A stretch of 63,790 bases of DNA, counting the filler, from Octopus bimaculoides (Eukaryota): NCBI RefSeq assembly GCF_001194135.2. It is 5 parts of 5 records of this genome, joined end to end, with 100 filler letters (N's around TTAATTAATTAA, not from the genome) between each part and the next. Parts side by side here need not be neighbours in the genome. Positions count along the whole stretch, not along the records: positions 9,107 to 34,155 come from NC_068981.1; 4 more parts are not named here. The stretch is one strand, 5' to 3'. Under the pieces are notes generated by a model that saw only the letters and a program-made list of their open reading frames with translations, was not told where the DNA came from and ran no database searches. Made by a program: the position numbers and the translations under genes. Numbering within the stretch: position 1 is the stretch's first letter; every line of letters starts with the position of its first letter. Shown here in pieces: positions 11,245 to 24,262 of this stretch.

Positions 11245-11989
11245 CTGCTGACCTTCCCGGCTTAATTCTGGAACGACTTTACAGAATGTCTACTACTTTT
11301 TTTTTAGGCGTGAGAAACTTAGCTGTTTCAGTGATGGCATAAAGCCCAATTCCATCTCACTGATTCGTGTGTAAAGTCGTTAGGGGTGAGAAGCACAGTC
11401 AGTAATATTTACAGCTTTTTGAGTTTGAGGAAAGAAATTTACACGTGTTCACTACCTTACAAAAACTATATCAGCTAAGCAAATGACCTTTTCTAAGCGC
11501 ATTATAAACACTATAACATATTCGGAACATTTTTTCAGAAAGTTATTTCCGTTCTCTTAGAGCATAAAAAAGATAAATTTAGCTGGGTCCAATTCTTCAG
11601 AATTACATTTGAAAAAAAGCTCATACGTATCGATATTTATCTCTACACATCAGAAAGATCAGAAATGTTACAAAAATTGAAAATAACTAGGTCAAATGAA
11701 AGAGGATCATGGAAAAAATGGCACATGGTACGAAATTAACGAAGTTTGATTAAATCTAAAAACTCATCATAAAATATTCTCTCTAGCTTCTTCACAATCT
11801 GCTAGAGTGGTGTTTCTCGCATTATTCCTGGAAATGTCATGGCAGTCGAGTCCTTAGTCAACTCCTCCATGGGGTCTTACTAGAACTAACCGTTATTATA
11901 CTTTCTTCCAGGAAGTGTAACTAACTGAGTCTTTGAATATTACCCAACTATATCATTCTTTGTCTACCCCTTGCTTTCCAGTTAGACCC

Positions 11990-12600
11990 CATTAACCTAG
12001 AAGTTTCTACCAACGTAGCCAGGAGCTTCCTGTTGTTAATAAAGAAACATTTCCCTAGATGCATAAGTATTACAAACTCTTTAACTCCCATAATGTCAAG
12101 GTAAGCTACTCCTGCTTAGACAACATCGCACGCATCAGCAGACGTTAAAACGCACCCATACAACCCTCAACCCCAACCTGCAACAGCCGAAACTCAACCA
12201 CCTGCCCTCTAGGAAGATCAGGCCTAGGGGTGTAGTATACAGAGCCATCTGATGGCATTACTAGGCACTATATGGGCATGACAGCAAATGAATTCAAGGG
12301 AAGATACTCCTAGCACTTGCATTCATTTAGATCTAGGGACAGAGAGAACTCCACTTCCCTGTCGCGCTTTCTTTGGAGACTTCGTGACCCCTGAGACGAA
12401 ACATCCAGCATATCAAGTGGACTGTTGTCGACAGGGCACCACCATATTCACCTGGAGCCCCTAATTGCCGGCTCTGCCTTCGCGAAAAACTGCATATCAT
12501 CTACCAGCCCATAGTATCCATCAACGAGAAATATGAGGTATCGTATTACTCTCATCAGAGGTACACCCTTCTGTTAAATTTCAAGCCACTAGCCGCCTAC
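11990..12600 (+). mobile_element. Penelope-like element, decayed C-terminal GIY-YIG endonuclease
   Basis: Manual translation with frameshifts: STNVARSFLLLIKKHFP..HKYYKLFNSHNVKVSYSCLDNI...CPL...VVYRA...YMGMTANEFKGRY..H.HSF...ENSTSLSRFLWRL...IKWTVVDRAPPY....CRLCLREK, the usual PLE C-terminal pattern. Confidence 0.8.
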
Positions 12601-12759
12601 AACCCGGATATACCGCCTTAGTACCAGCCAGCCACTGCATTGCCTGTACCAAGGTCACTGTCACCAATTAACCCCCATGAACAGCACCGCAAATCTCCAA
12701 TCTCCAACACTTCTCCATACCTGTCTACCCGCATGCTCTCGCCCCTTGTACATAACCAC

Positions 12760-13180
12760 AAGAGTGTATGTGTACGCGCGCGCGCGCGTATGTATCTGCT
12801 CACGTTATGTATGTGCATGGACGTGTGTACACTGGTGTACATGTACTCGCCTGTGCGCCCATATGCATGTGTGCCCGTACGTGTTTATGTATGTACACGT
12901 GCACGCATATGTGGGCGTGTGTGCGTGTGCATGTGCTCATATGCATATATACATGTAGATAAAAGTGTGCATGAGTGTCTGTGCGTGTGCTTGTGAGTGC
13001 ATGTGTGTGCGTGTGTGTGTATATGTATGCGCGCGTGTGTGTGAATGTGCGTTCGCGTGTATGTGTGTCTGAGTGCGTGAAGGTACATCTACGCAGATAT
13101 GCACACTCACATAAGTACGGATGCATGCATGTAGATATATGGGCATATACATGTACACATATATACGTATATATTCCCAC
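12760..13180. repeat. Degenerate alternating purine-pyrimidine tract (TG/CA/TA/CG)
   Basis: Direct reading; includes GTACGCGCGCGCGCGCGTA. Confidence 0.9.
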
Positions 13181-14592
13181 ATCTATCGCCCCATCCTACA
13201 CCACACCCTAACCACATGATCGATTTCCTGTCCACCATGCGGTCGATTTTCTGTTCACCATGCGGTATTTTCCAAATAATTGTTGTGGCAGAAATACCAA
13301 CATCAAACTGCGACACCGTGTGACCTTTCCCGACCAATCGCAGGCTAACGTCCAGTAATACACATTGACTCTCATCAATCAAATTCCTATTCAGACTCCA
13401 ATGGTCGAGGATTAGCATCACGCTTGAAACTCTGAGTACCAAGAAGTTTGAATCAAACTGTTTTGATTCATATATATATATTAATTCATTTGGTACTTAT
13501 TGTTGGTTGAGATATATATCTAATTATTGTTCTACTTACGATCTGACGAGTAGCTATATGTTTGAATAGAATTTATTTTCGATAATTTCAATTGATTTTA
13601 ATCGATTTAAATTTCTTTTCGATTTGAAAATTGGTTATGAAACACGTGTAATCTTTTTATTATATTTATCTTATGATATTTACTTTACTTTATATTATAC
13701 TCATTTATTGTGCTTTTAATTATTAATTTTTCTATATGTGATAGTGGATTTTCATCGATGAGTTCTTGAAAATTGGTTATTTTCCCTAAANNNNNNNNNN
13801 NNNNNNNNNNNNNNNNNNNNNNNNNNNNNNNNNNNNNNNNNNNNNNNNNNNNNNNNNNNNNNNNNNNNNNNNNNNNNNNNNNNNNNNNNNNNNNNNNNNN
13901 NNNNNNNNNNNNNNNNNNNNNNNNNNNNNNNNNNNNNNNNNNNNNNNNNNNNNNNNNNNNNNNNNNNNNNNNNNNNNNNNNNNNNNNNNNNNNNNNNNNN
14001 NNNNNNNNNNNNNNNNNNNNNNNNNNNNNNNNNNNNNNNNNNNNNNNNNNNNNNNNNNNNNNNNNNNNNNNNNNNNNNNNNNNNNNNNNNNNNNNNNNNN
14101 NNNNNNNNNNNNNNNNNNNNNNNNNNNNNNNNNNNNNNNNNNNNNNNNNNNNNNNNNNNNNNNNNNNNNNNNNNNNNNNNNNNNNNNNNNNNNNNNNNNN
14201 NNNNNNNNNNNNNNNNNNNNNNNNNNNNNNNNNNNNNNNNNNNNNNNNNNNNNNNNNNNNNNNNNNNNNNNNNNNNNNNNNNNNNNNNNNNNNNNNNNNN
14301 NNNNNNNNNNNNNNNNNNNNNNNNNNNNNNNNNNNNNNNNNNNNNNNNNNNNNNNNNNNNNNNNNNNNNNNNNNNNNNNNNNNNNNNNNNNNNNNNNNNN
14401 NNNNNNNNNNNNNNNNNNNNNNNNNNNNNNNNNNNNNNNNNNNNNNNNNNNNNNNNNNNNNNNNNNNNNNNNNNNNNNNNNNNNNNNNNNNNNNNNNNNN
14501 NNNNNNNNNNNNNNNNNNNNNNNNNNNNNNNNNNNNNNNNNNNNNNNNNNNNNNNNNNNNNNNNTATATATATATATATATATATATATATC

Positions 14593-14626
<34 letters not shown>

Positions 14627-15014
14627 CGTGTGTATATACATGTATATATGTATGTATATGTATAGATTGTTTGTTTATTTCTTTCATTCATTCATTTCTA
14701 TCCTTCCTTCTTTCTTCCTGTCTGTCTTTCATTTCCCTTTCTTTCTCCCTCTAACTAAGCCTACAAAAATTCACCACGCACTTACTTACACACACATACA
14801 CTCACTCATATATAAACACACATAGATTCCAAATAACAAAGGACATTCTCTACCCCATTGAATTCCACATTTTTTCAACTAACTCACATACATATGGATA
14901 TATGTAAGGCATACATTTTCTGCAAAATTATAAATATTATTCCTGATGAATCTCTGAAAAGAGATGAAAACGCTTAATAACCATCCAAAAAATTCTGGCC
15001 TCCTCTATTTTCTT

Positions 15015-15085
<71 letters not shown>

Positions 15086-15173
15086 NNNNNNNNNNNNNNN
15101 TGCGTGTGTGTACGCATACATACATACATACACACATACGTACACCGTAATTCGGTGTTTTATTATTATTATA

Positions 15174-15231
<58 letters not shown>

Positions 15232-17879
15232 TTTTTATTAATTCTATTATTCTTAAACGTAACAAAAACTTGACATGTGTCTGATGCGACCGTATTATGG
15301 ATGAGATAATGTATGTATGAGTGCATGATGAAACATTAAATTTACTTCTTTCACCAAAAAAATAGGAGTGCGTTTTATGCGAGTGCGCGTCTTACACACC
15401 GGTAAATACAGTATATTCAGGTATGTGTGTATGTGTGCGTGACAGTTTAATCGGAAGAACCGGCACTGGACGAAACTGGAATCAAAACCACGCTCGATTC
15501 TTGAGGCGAATATTTAGGTTTGTTGAAATTTTCAGTGCTAAATTTCGATGCAGCGGACTGAATTAACTTATATTCTAACCCCGATATTGTGAACTTTTCT
15601 TCTTTCACGTTACTGTTATTATGCATATACATACATATATACCTGTATCCATACTCATCCCGAATGATCCAGCTGTCTCCCTCAACACTCTACTTGCCAG
15701 CCCAAACAACTCCATCACACCTTACAATCCCAAACCCCAAACGCATTTACTTTTTAAGAACTTAAACTTTGTACAGCCCCACATCCTTAAACTGTCCGCA
15801 TCCACCATCTGTCTCTTAACATCAATACATAACAGAAAAGTAAAAAAAAGAAATTAATACACAAATTCACAACCCTAAGTATTCAAATACCTCGCCCTCC
15901 CACCCTGCATCCACCCCCTATCCTAAAAATACATACCAAAACACACCCTGGATCTTGTTCAAAACGGGGGCACCAGTATTTTCTTAACGAAACACTTTGA
16001 AACTTGGGACACTGGTAGAATGTGTCATATAAAACATCTTTTCCTCTTAGTCTTNNNNNNNNNNNNNNNNNNNNNNNNNNNNNNNNNNNNNNNNNNNNNN
16101 NNNNNNNNNNNNNNNNNNNNNNNNNNNNNNNNNNNNNNNNNNNNNNNNNNNNNNNNNNNNNNNNNNNNNNNNNNNNNNNNNNNNNNNNNNNNNNNNNNNN
16201 NNNNNNNNNNNNNNNNNNNNNNNNNNNNNNNNNNNNNNNNNNNNNNNNNNNNNNNNNNNNNNNNNNNNNNNNNNNNNNNNNNNNNNNNNNNNNNNNNNNN
16301 NNNNNNNNNNNNNNNNNNNNNNNNNNNNNNNNNNNNNNNNNNNNNNNNNNNNNNNNNNNNNNNNNNNNNNNNNNNNNNNNNNNNNNNNNNNNNNNNNNNN
16401 NNNNNNNNNNNNNNNNNNNNNNNNNNNNNNNNNNNNNNNNNNNNNNNNNNNNNNNNNNNNNNNNNNNNNNNNNNNNNNNNNNNNNNNNNNNNNNNNNNNN
16501 NNNNNNNNNNNNNNNNNNNNNNNNNNNNNNNNNNNNNNNNNNNNNNNNNNNNNNNNNNNNNNNNNNNNNNNNNNNNNNNNNNNNNNNNNNNNNNNNNNNN
16601 NNNNNNNNNNNNNNNNNNNNNNNNNNNNNNNNNNNNNNNNNNNNNNNNNNNNNNNNNNNNNNNNNNNNNNNNNNNNNNNNNNNNNNNNNNNNNNNNNNNN
16701 NNNNNNNNNNNNNNNNNNNNNNNNNNNNNNNNNNNNNNNNNNNNNNNNNNNNNNNNNNNNNNNNNNNNNNNNNNNNNNNNNNNNNNNNNNNNNNNNNNNN
16801 NNNNNNNNNNNNNNNNNNNNNNNNNNNNNNNNNNNNNNNNNNNNNNNNNNNNNNNNNNNNNNNNNNNNNNNNNNNNNNNNNNNNNNNNNNNNNNNNNNNN
16901 NNNNNNNNNNNNNNNNNNNNNNNNNNNNNNNNNNAAAGAAAAAACAAAAAAAGGAACAAAAAACAAGATTACTTTATAATGGGTTAATCCTTGCTGACGA
17001 TAAAAAAAAAGGATTACATAGCGTTATACATGACTACCAGTGACTGGAAATTTTAAGATCTTTATAATGTGCAGGAAAAAGTTATATTAAGTGTGTATAT
17101 TCTGTGCATTTTCTTTAATTTAAATTAGAAGGGATTATATTTCACAAAGTAAGATATGGTCTCTATGAACCGTCAAACGTCTCTTCAGTCCCGAAATCGT
17201 CTTGCAACCCCTTTGACACACTACACGCGTCGAATCTTTCAGTCTAAGAGGAAGAACGTTACACATAGTTGATCTTTCATGGGACTTCAAGTGGTTAACA
17301 TATACACATGCATATACACCCCTCCACACACATACACACCACATGATACCTTTTACAAAGGTTGTACTGTTTGACTTGAGGCTACGATAGGCTGATTTAA
17401 AATACTTGGCAAACAATCTAACAATCTATTCAGTATTCAGTGTTTATATCACGTAGATTTATATTCTGGTTTATCTTCTGTAGCTCTCTCAATTCAGAAC
17501 TTAAGATTTTATTTTTACATTTCTAACGCAATTTTCTAATTTCTGTTATATATTTCTGATATTTTGTGTATATATTATCTCTGTTAGATTTCATAAATAT
17601 GAGAATCTATCAAATGCTTCAAATACTTCATTCTAGAAATAAAATTTAATTTTTCAAGTTACTGACCTAATCTCGGTTCAGAATGTTTAGTTACATCTTG
17701 ATTCCGTCGAAATATCAAATTACAATGTTATTGCTGACATATATATCGGGGGGCATAAAGTTTCGTATGATATTTTTATGGTCCTTTGATTAGGCCTTTT
17801 TAGATAAATTCTTACTATTTCCTTTACTTCATTCAGCTCCAATTAGGAACACTCTCATATGTGTTTTGAATGGCCTTTT

Positions 17880-18150
17880 ACAACACATCACCCGAAATCA
17901 CAACGGTTTCCGTCCGTTCATCCATTTTTAGATGAATTGCCGTTGATGATGAGAAAAACGATTTGCTGTACTCTGCCAGTAGCTTCAGGGATTCTACTGT
18001 TCGGCTGTAATCCGTTGTTGGAAATGCGATTGTTATTGGTACATGCATCGCTATCCGGCATTTTAAAATCATGGTTGTTAAACATGTGTTGATTTAGTCG
18101 ATTTAGTTACGAAGGGTGTTCATTAAAGATTTCCCCTGACCCACTAGTAT
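17880..18150 (+). mobile_element. Possible mariner remnant
   Basis: With one frameshift reads PFLD(R)IAVDDEK, similar to mariner FL.RIVTGDEKW; TACGAAGGGTGTTCATTAAAG at about 18108 resembles a mariner TIR. Confidence 0.3.
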
Positions 18151-18766
18151 AGGAATCAATTTATATTTGCTTTGCTTATCCATTGAGATAGTTTGAGCTT
18201 AAATCTCGTCCTGGACGTTTCATATTTCGCAGACGTCTTAGTCTTTCTATAAAACCAATTTGTATACACACCTAATATATAATTGCTTGTTAAGCTGGTA
18301 AATCCATTGTGTATAAAGGCTATATGCACGACCTTGGTGAACGAGTCATATACTTTTAACCATAATGAATTTATCCATTTATTGTTTATTTGTGTTTAAT
18401 CTTAGATATACGATGATATTCATGTAAAATTTCGACACATTCTAGTCATGATTATATTTAAAGTTATTATTCTTCACAGCTTAAGGTTATTTTCTTTAAG
18501 ATCACTTTAATTGTATCTCAAATACATCTTCAGTTACCGTACCAGTACTCTAGCTAGATTATTTGCTTATGCATATATGTTACAGTGCATTTAGTGTTTA
18601 AGTACTCCTACAGAAATATTCGTATATAATCTTATCTACATTCTAATGCTCAACTTTCCCATATGTTGCTTTCAAGTGGTAAATAAAATCGTTCACATAT
18701 CGAATAGCCATTGTGGTCGCTATGCTTTAAGTATGTATGCATGTATGTATGTGTGTACGCGTGCGA

Positions 18767-18770
18767 GAGT

Positions 18771-18850
<80 letters not shown>

Positions 18851-18862
18851 GAGAGAGAGAGA
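18767..18862. repeat. (AG)n microsatellite
   Basis: Direct reading. Confidence 0.95.
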
Positions 18863-19389
18863 GTGTGTTTGTGTGTGTGTGTTACTACGAATGAATATTC
18901 TTTCCACAACATTGTAACTTCTTATATTTCATTCTTCAAAACTATACGTCCTACAGATTTGGCAAAGACATCATTCCTCATAGGTAGTTAACATTACGTT
19001 GACAGTTTCAAACAGTTGCTTATGACGTGGGGTACATTTCAGCATTAATTCCATGCAGTTGAATTAATTGGATACATTAGTTACATTTAAGTCTTTTATT
19101 TGTATCACTATTTCCTTTGCGCATCAGTTACTTCTAGAATTGCAAAAGCATATGCCCTTCACTCAGAGGCCTTAGTTGCCTTAAAAATATGAAGGGAAAA
19201 ACCAACATTTGTTGATTTTTAAAGGAACATGTTAGTATTGCTTATGGTGCCTTTCCCGGACCCTATCATATAAGTAAAATTTTACGCTAATTAAATTTTA
19301 TATATTCAAATGAAGTTCAGGTATTTAAAAAAATATGCTGGAAAAGAATTTTTTATATCAAATAAACAAAAAACAAAACATGTTCGAAC

Positions 19390-20110
19390 AAAAAAATATA
19401 AACTTTCCAAATGTATTATGTCTCGCATCATTGCTGTCAGTAAATAATTTAACAACTTCTTCACAACTAATCTTTTTCAAAACATTTCTACGAACGTGGC
19501 ATATTAGAATATGATTCAACCTTTGCTGAGTCATGGTCGATCGCGACCAAGTTTGAGTCCGCAGAACGTTAAACGATCTTTCGGCATCACAAGAACTGGT
19601 CGGAAACATTAAAAGTAGCCTGAGCAATCGCTCAACATTTGAAAACATGCGACGGACATCTGGTTGCATTTCACCGAATATTTTACGATGAGAGATGATC
19701 CATTATGATGATTTCTATGAAAAAGTATTTCGTTCTTTAGAGAAAATTCATAAAGTTCTGGATACTGTATGATTACTTCAGCACAAAAATTTCCATTGAG
19801 TAAAATATTGCTCAGATTTTCATAATCTACTAAATCCTGTGAAAAAAAAACTTTCAAAATTTGCTATTGCACTATCCACTACCTGCAAATACTGCATCTG
19901 TAATGATCCAAAATAGTGCAGTGTCGATATTTTAGCACATTTCCTCCCTGGTATCTTTTGGTAACTTTCCGTTGCCTGGGTTGCTCCAAAGGAGAAATAT
20001 CGAGTTGATAAATAACTTTTTCTGCTGTATTGAACATCTGAAATTTTTCTTCACTGCGTAGATTTTTTAGCTCCTCCTGCACCAGTTTGACACTATGCAA
20101 TATACCACCT
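19390..20110 (-). mobile_element. hAT transposase remnant (C-terminal dimerisation domain)
   Basis: MFSNVERLLRLLLMFPTSSCDAERSFNVLRTQTWSRSTMTQQRLNHILICHV matches hAT P.SS..AERSFS.LR.+K..LRSTM.Q.RL; upstream LKNLRSEEKF...PRQRK. Confidence 0.85.
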
Positions 20111-20776
20111 ACATTGGTGGTGGTGGTGCTTTGTTTTTTAATTGGAAAAAAGTAGGGGAGACAAAAGATAGTTTGTCCCCCGTTCCTGAAAAAGTATGTG
20201 TGTGTGTGTGTGTGGGGGGTCTTGTCCCCTGATACCCTCCTAAAACAAGGCCCTATCTTCACTGTAAAGACTCCTTTATTTGTCCTTAGTCCAATATAGA
20301 CTACTTTGGTTATCTATCTTACAGTCAGTTTGGAGCTTTCAAAAACATATATGTATGTTTGTATTTGTAAATTTATATATGTCTGCATGTATGTATGTGT
20401 GTATGCATGTATTTATAAACGTATGTATATATGCCCGCATGTAAGTCATTGCACCTGTAGATCTGTACATTTTGATTTAGTGCATGTGTACGCACTTGCT
20501 GTAGGCTAAATTTGTAGTGTTTTGCATATTTTCATAGTTCTATTAACGGCTTTAATTACCTCATTAGCCATTTGCATGTATGTATGTACGTATATATGCA
20601 AACATGTATGCGTGCACGTATGAATGTATATGTATGTGGGTAGGTAGTTACGTATGTACCTATGTATGCATATGTGCATGTAGGTATGATGTAAGGAACG
20701 ATACTGATCACAGTCGTATGCGAATCCGTTGCGAGATAAATTTATTTACGAAGGAGAAAGATGCTCTTCATTACTA

Positions 20777-22046
20777 CCGGGGTTTTCCGAAAATCCGCCT
20801 TGGGCTATATCCTTTATTTGTATACTTCTTTTTGCCATTTGAAAACCAGCTCTCCCATTCAGCATGAAGGGCTTTCTTGAAAGGACCAGTAATTGATACA
20901 TCTAACGACTGCAAGTAAGATGTTGTTTTAGGAGGTATAAGTTTGAGAATTGTATTCCTACGTTTGAACACTTCTAGGAGCTCTGTTTTATTGTACACTG
21001 AGCATTCATCCATGAATAGCACTGAATTTTGAGCATGGAATAGTTGTGCTGTTCTCTGCCTAAACACTTTATCAGCCCACAGCTACATGAGTTCATATGT
21101 GATTCATCCTTTGTTGGAGACTTAAGTAAATATTCTTTGGGACCTTGATTTTTGGCACGTTTTTCAATCCTTTAAGGATAATCATTGTTTTCAACACCTT
21201 TCTTGCAGTATCAACACACAACGCAGCAGTAAAACGAGCTTTAGTAGCATTAGAGTGGCTAGCATCTACATTTTTATTACCAACAAAGTCTATGGTTGTT
21301 GAACTCAACATGTCAACGTATACAGGTGTTTCATCCTTATCATAAATTTGGTCAGCATCCTTATCTGCTGTTAATACTGGAATACTATCTAGATAGTCAC
21401 TGGCGATTTGTGCCTTTTCTCTAAGTGTTTTATTGTCTGCTTGACCAACATGTGTAATCTTTCTCACAGTCAGTTTATTCCGTTTCATGAAATTGAAAAT
21501 CCATAAGAACATCTAAAGCTGTTCATTTCAATTCCAAACCTTTTTACCAATTCAAAAGTATATTCCTGTAAACGGCGATAATTTACAATTATTGCACGCT
21601 GAACAACAATCCACTGTAAGAGTTCAATCTCTAGATCTCTATGTCCTGGTCCTCTACCTCCAACAATTGATCTGCGCCTCTTCTTGTCTGACATTGATTA
21701 ACTCAGTTTCTTTTGTGTACCATTCTCTCAATCGTTTTCTATCAATACCTAAGTCTCTTGACGCAGCAAATAAATTGCCAGAATGTTCTTTCACTCGTTT
21801 AATAACACTCAATTTTTCACTAATGGTATATGAACGTTGAACACGTTTTGATATATTTTCTTTCGACTCCATTATTGGGAATAAAAATCCTTTGAATTTA
21901 TCTACAGACGTAGAGCAAATGAACGCCTAAACAGAATGAAAACAAAAACACTAACTCTTTTTCAACTTTTAACCACAAATAACGGCCCATCCAAACAAAC
22001 GCCCATGGGCAATCTAATGGATGGGCGGATTTTCGGAAAACCCCTG
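20777..22046 (-). mobile_element. pogo-superfamily DNA transposon, DD35D, frameshifted, both TIRs present
   Basis: 23-bp TIRs C(A/C)GGGGTTTTCCGAAAATCCGCC at 20777 and ending 22046, each flanked by TA. N-terminal HTH (RSYTISEKLSVI), CENP-B-like HTH, and DDE_1 motifs DETP, LFMD and LQSLD with 35 residues counted between D2 and D3. Confidence 0.92.
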
Positions 22047-22370
22047 TATATGTAACAGAGACACAGTATAAATTTGACGTACATGCTATTTGGTTTATAG
22101 CGCCAAGCATCGCAGACTCCGGTTAATATAGCCCATGTTCAAAGAATATATGCTGTGGAAGAGGTACAAAAAGATTGAATTTCGAATCTTAAGAAAAATC
22201 ATGTACTGTTTTTGAAAAGATCTACTGTTCTTCGACTCTTACGCATGGGAGGAGTCTCCATGTTCTCTTTCGATCTATTAGAAATAGAAGTCAAATCTCT
22301 CTCAAATCACATTTTTCTATCTTATAAAGACCTCCGAGTCTTGCATTGAAATCAATCAGTTTGCATAAAG

Positions 22371-23660
22371 GTGGCTGGAAAATGCAATGAATATAGTATC
22401 ATCAGGAGTGGGGTTAGACAAGGATGTGTTATGTCACCAAATCTCTCCAATTACTATAGCGAATTGATCATAAGAGAAATTGAGAAGGAAAGTCTTATGA
22501 TAGGAAGCAGAATCATCACAAACATAAGATATGCAGATGATAGTATTACTTACAGAATTGGAAAAGGAACTTCAGAGACCTTAGGGTGTAGTGGTCAGAG
22601 AAAGAGTCTGTTCATAAATTGTAAGAAAATAGAGAATGTGGGGTGACAAAGAAGGGATTCCCAAAGTGCATACGGAAAGTGAACAATAAAATCATTAAGC
22701 AAGTATCAACCTTCAACACCCTAGCAACTTTGATCTCAGAAGACGCAAGATGTATAATGGAGATCAAAAGACCGAATAGTACTGGCAAAATCTGCATTTT
22801 TGTATGACATCTTGAGAAATTGTATTCTGATTATCAAGACACAGAGAAGGAAAACTTGCTGAATTTTATCATTGCTTACTTGATGATGAGTTTTCAAATT
22901 TGAAGAAATTTGCCTCTGGTATGGCATCAGTATTTGGAGCAACTTATGTCTGTGAAGTCAGCACATCGAATGAGGTTGACTGATGAACGTTTGAAAGGAA
23001 TTCTCTTGGTTGGATGCAGTAATTCCAAAGCTAATATTGATGAAATCTTAAAATCTAAACAACAGTTTCACAAATCTCACTATTTTTTCTGCTTAGTTTG
23101 TGAGATTCGGATATGTCGGCATTGGGTATGATATAACTATCTTATTGTTAACATCACCTATTTTGATAACATTTTGGTAAATTAAATAAGTATGTTGGTT
23201 GTCTTTATTTTTTTTTGTGTATCCTCTGTATTCTCATAATTCTCTCAGTTATCTGGCCCGCTGTGAAAAAGGTTTGGTGACCCCTGGTCTATAACATAAG
23301 AAATTGAGAAGGTGCCTGGAGAGCTGTGAAATGTGGTTCTTAAGGAGAATATTGAGGATGGCATGGACAAAGTGTATAATGAAGAGGTGATGACCCGGGC
23401 TGCGGTAAATAAAAAAACTGCTTCGTGAGATAAGGGCCAGACAACTGAGATTTCTCGGTCATGTGATGTGGAAAGAGGGCCTGGACGATTTGTTGATGAC
23501 TGGAAAGATTATAGGAAGGAGAAGAATGATATGGTTGTTAAGCTTGACAAACTGTTTGGATGAAAGAAGCATTAAACATCAGGAAGTGGAACTGTTAAAG
23601 AAAACAGAAACTGAAAATTGTGAAAGGACATGATCGCCTATGTTCTACATTCTGGGCATG
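22371..23660 (+). mobile_element. Old RTE LINE fragment interrupted by a hAT remnant
   Basis: SGVRQGCVMSP...IRYADD at 22.4-22.55 kb; CEMWFLRRILRM resumes after 23290. Confidence 0.75.
22805..23286 (+). mobile_element. hAT (Charlie/SPIN-like) 3' fragment with right TIR
   Basis: FSNLKKFASGMASVFGATYVCE...KSAHRMRLTDERLKGIL...KQQFHKSH*; terminus GGCCCGC...GGTTTGGTGACCCCTG followed by GTCTATAA. Confidence 0.8.
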
Positions 23661-24160
23661 GCATCTAAAGAAGAAAAAAGGGAAGTGCATGTTGGACCAT
23701 GTGGCTCTAATTGCGCTCTGTCGGAATATACGATGTGTTAATCAAGCCTAGAACTTCTTTGATCATAAGTTTGCTAGATCAGGGCTAATCTGATAAATAA
23801 CAATGACAGCAACTGATGTGACTGCCGTTCATCATGATAAATATATCGAGTGTGGTAGTATAACTTAATGCACTCGAGGCATTTCATTAACTGCCTATAT
23901 TGACAGATAACAATTTCAGTGGGAATTCACCGAAATACCAGATAAATTCTCCTTTTAAGTCACACCTTGATGTCTTAATCAAAGAAAGATATATCAAATG
24001 ATGCTCTGGGTGCAATGTGTGTAGGAAAAAGACGGGATGTTCACAGCTGGTACCTCTTCGACAATAATTCTGCTAAATTAAGGCTGACCTGAGTGAAAAA
24101 AAAGACAATAATAACAACAAAGAAACATTATGAAATAAATAAGGAACTCAATATACTTAC

Positions 24161-24262
24161 CTTTTGGGTTAAACGGGCATGGCATGAAGGCCCTTTTTCC
24201 TGGTTTTGTTTTTTCCCAACAAAGAAATCCATCGAATATCCTCTCGCAATAATTGCTATCGT
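24161..24262 (-). CDS. Internal exon of a class B (secretin-family) GPCR, hormone-binding extracellular domain
   Basis: ttttcttttgccAG|AC GAT...AAA G|GTAAGT, 102 bp, phase 1-1. Encodes DSNYCERIFDGFLCWEKTKPGKRAFMPCPFNPK, matching the C-x-R-x-FDG-x-x-CW-x-x-T-x-x-G...PCP signature. An HRM domain of an adhesion GPCR is not excluded. Confidence 0.88.

Noticed and set aside
13536-13580. CTGACGAG as an intact hammerhead (also CTGATGAAGG at 32714)
   Set aside because: No paired stem II followed by GAAA, and no stem I.
15447-15632. Minus-strand ORF NVKEEKFTISGLEYKLIQSAASKF... as a terminal GPCR exon
   Set aside because: Weak acceptor, no recognisable motif, and no TM exons found between it and the HRM exon.
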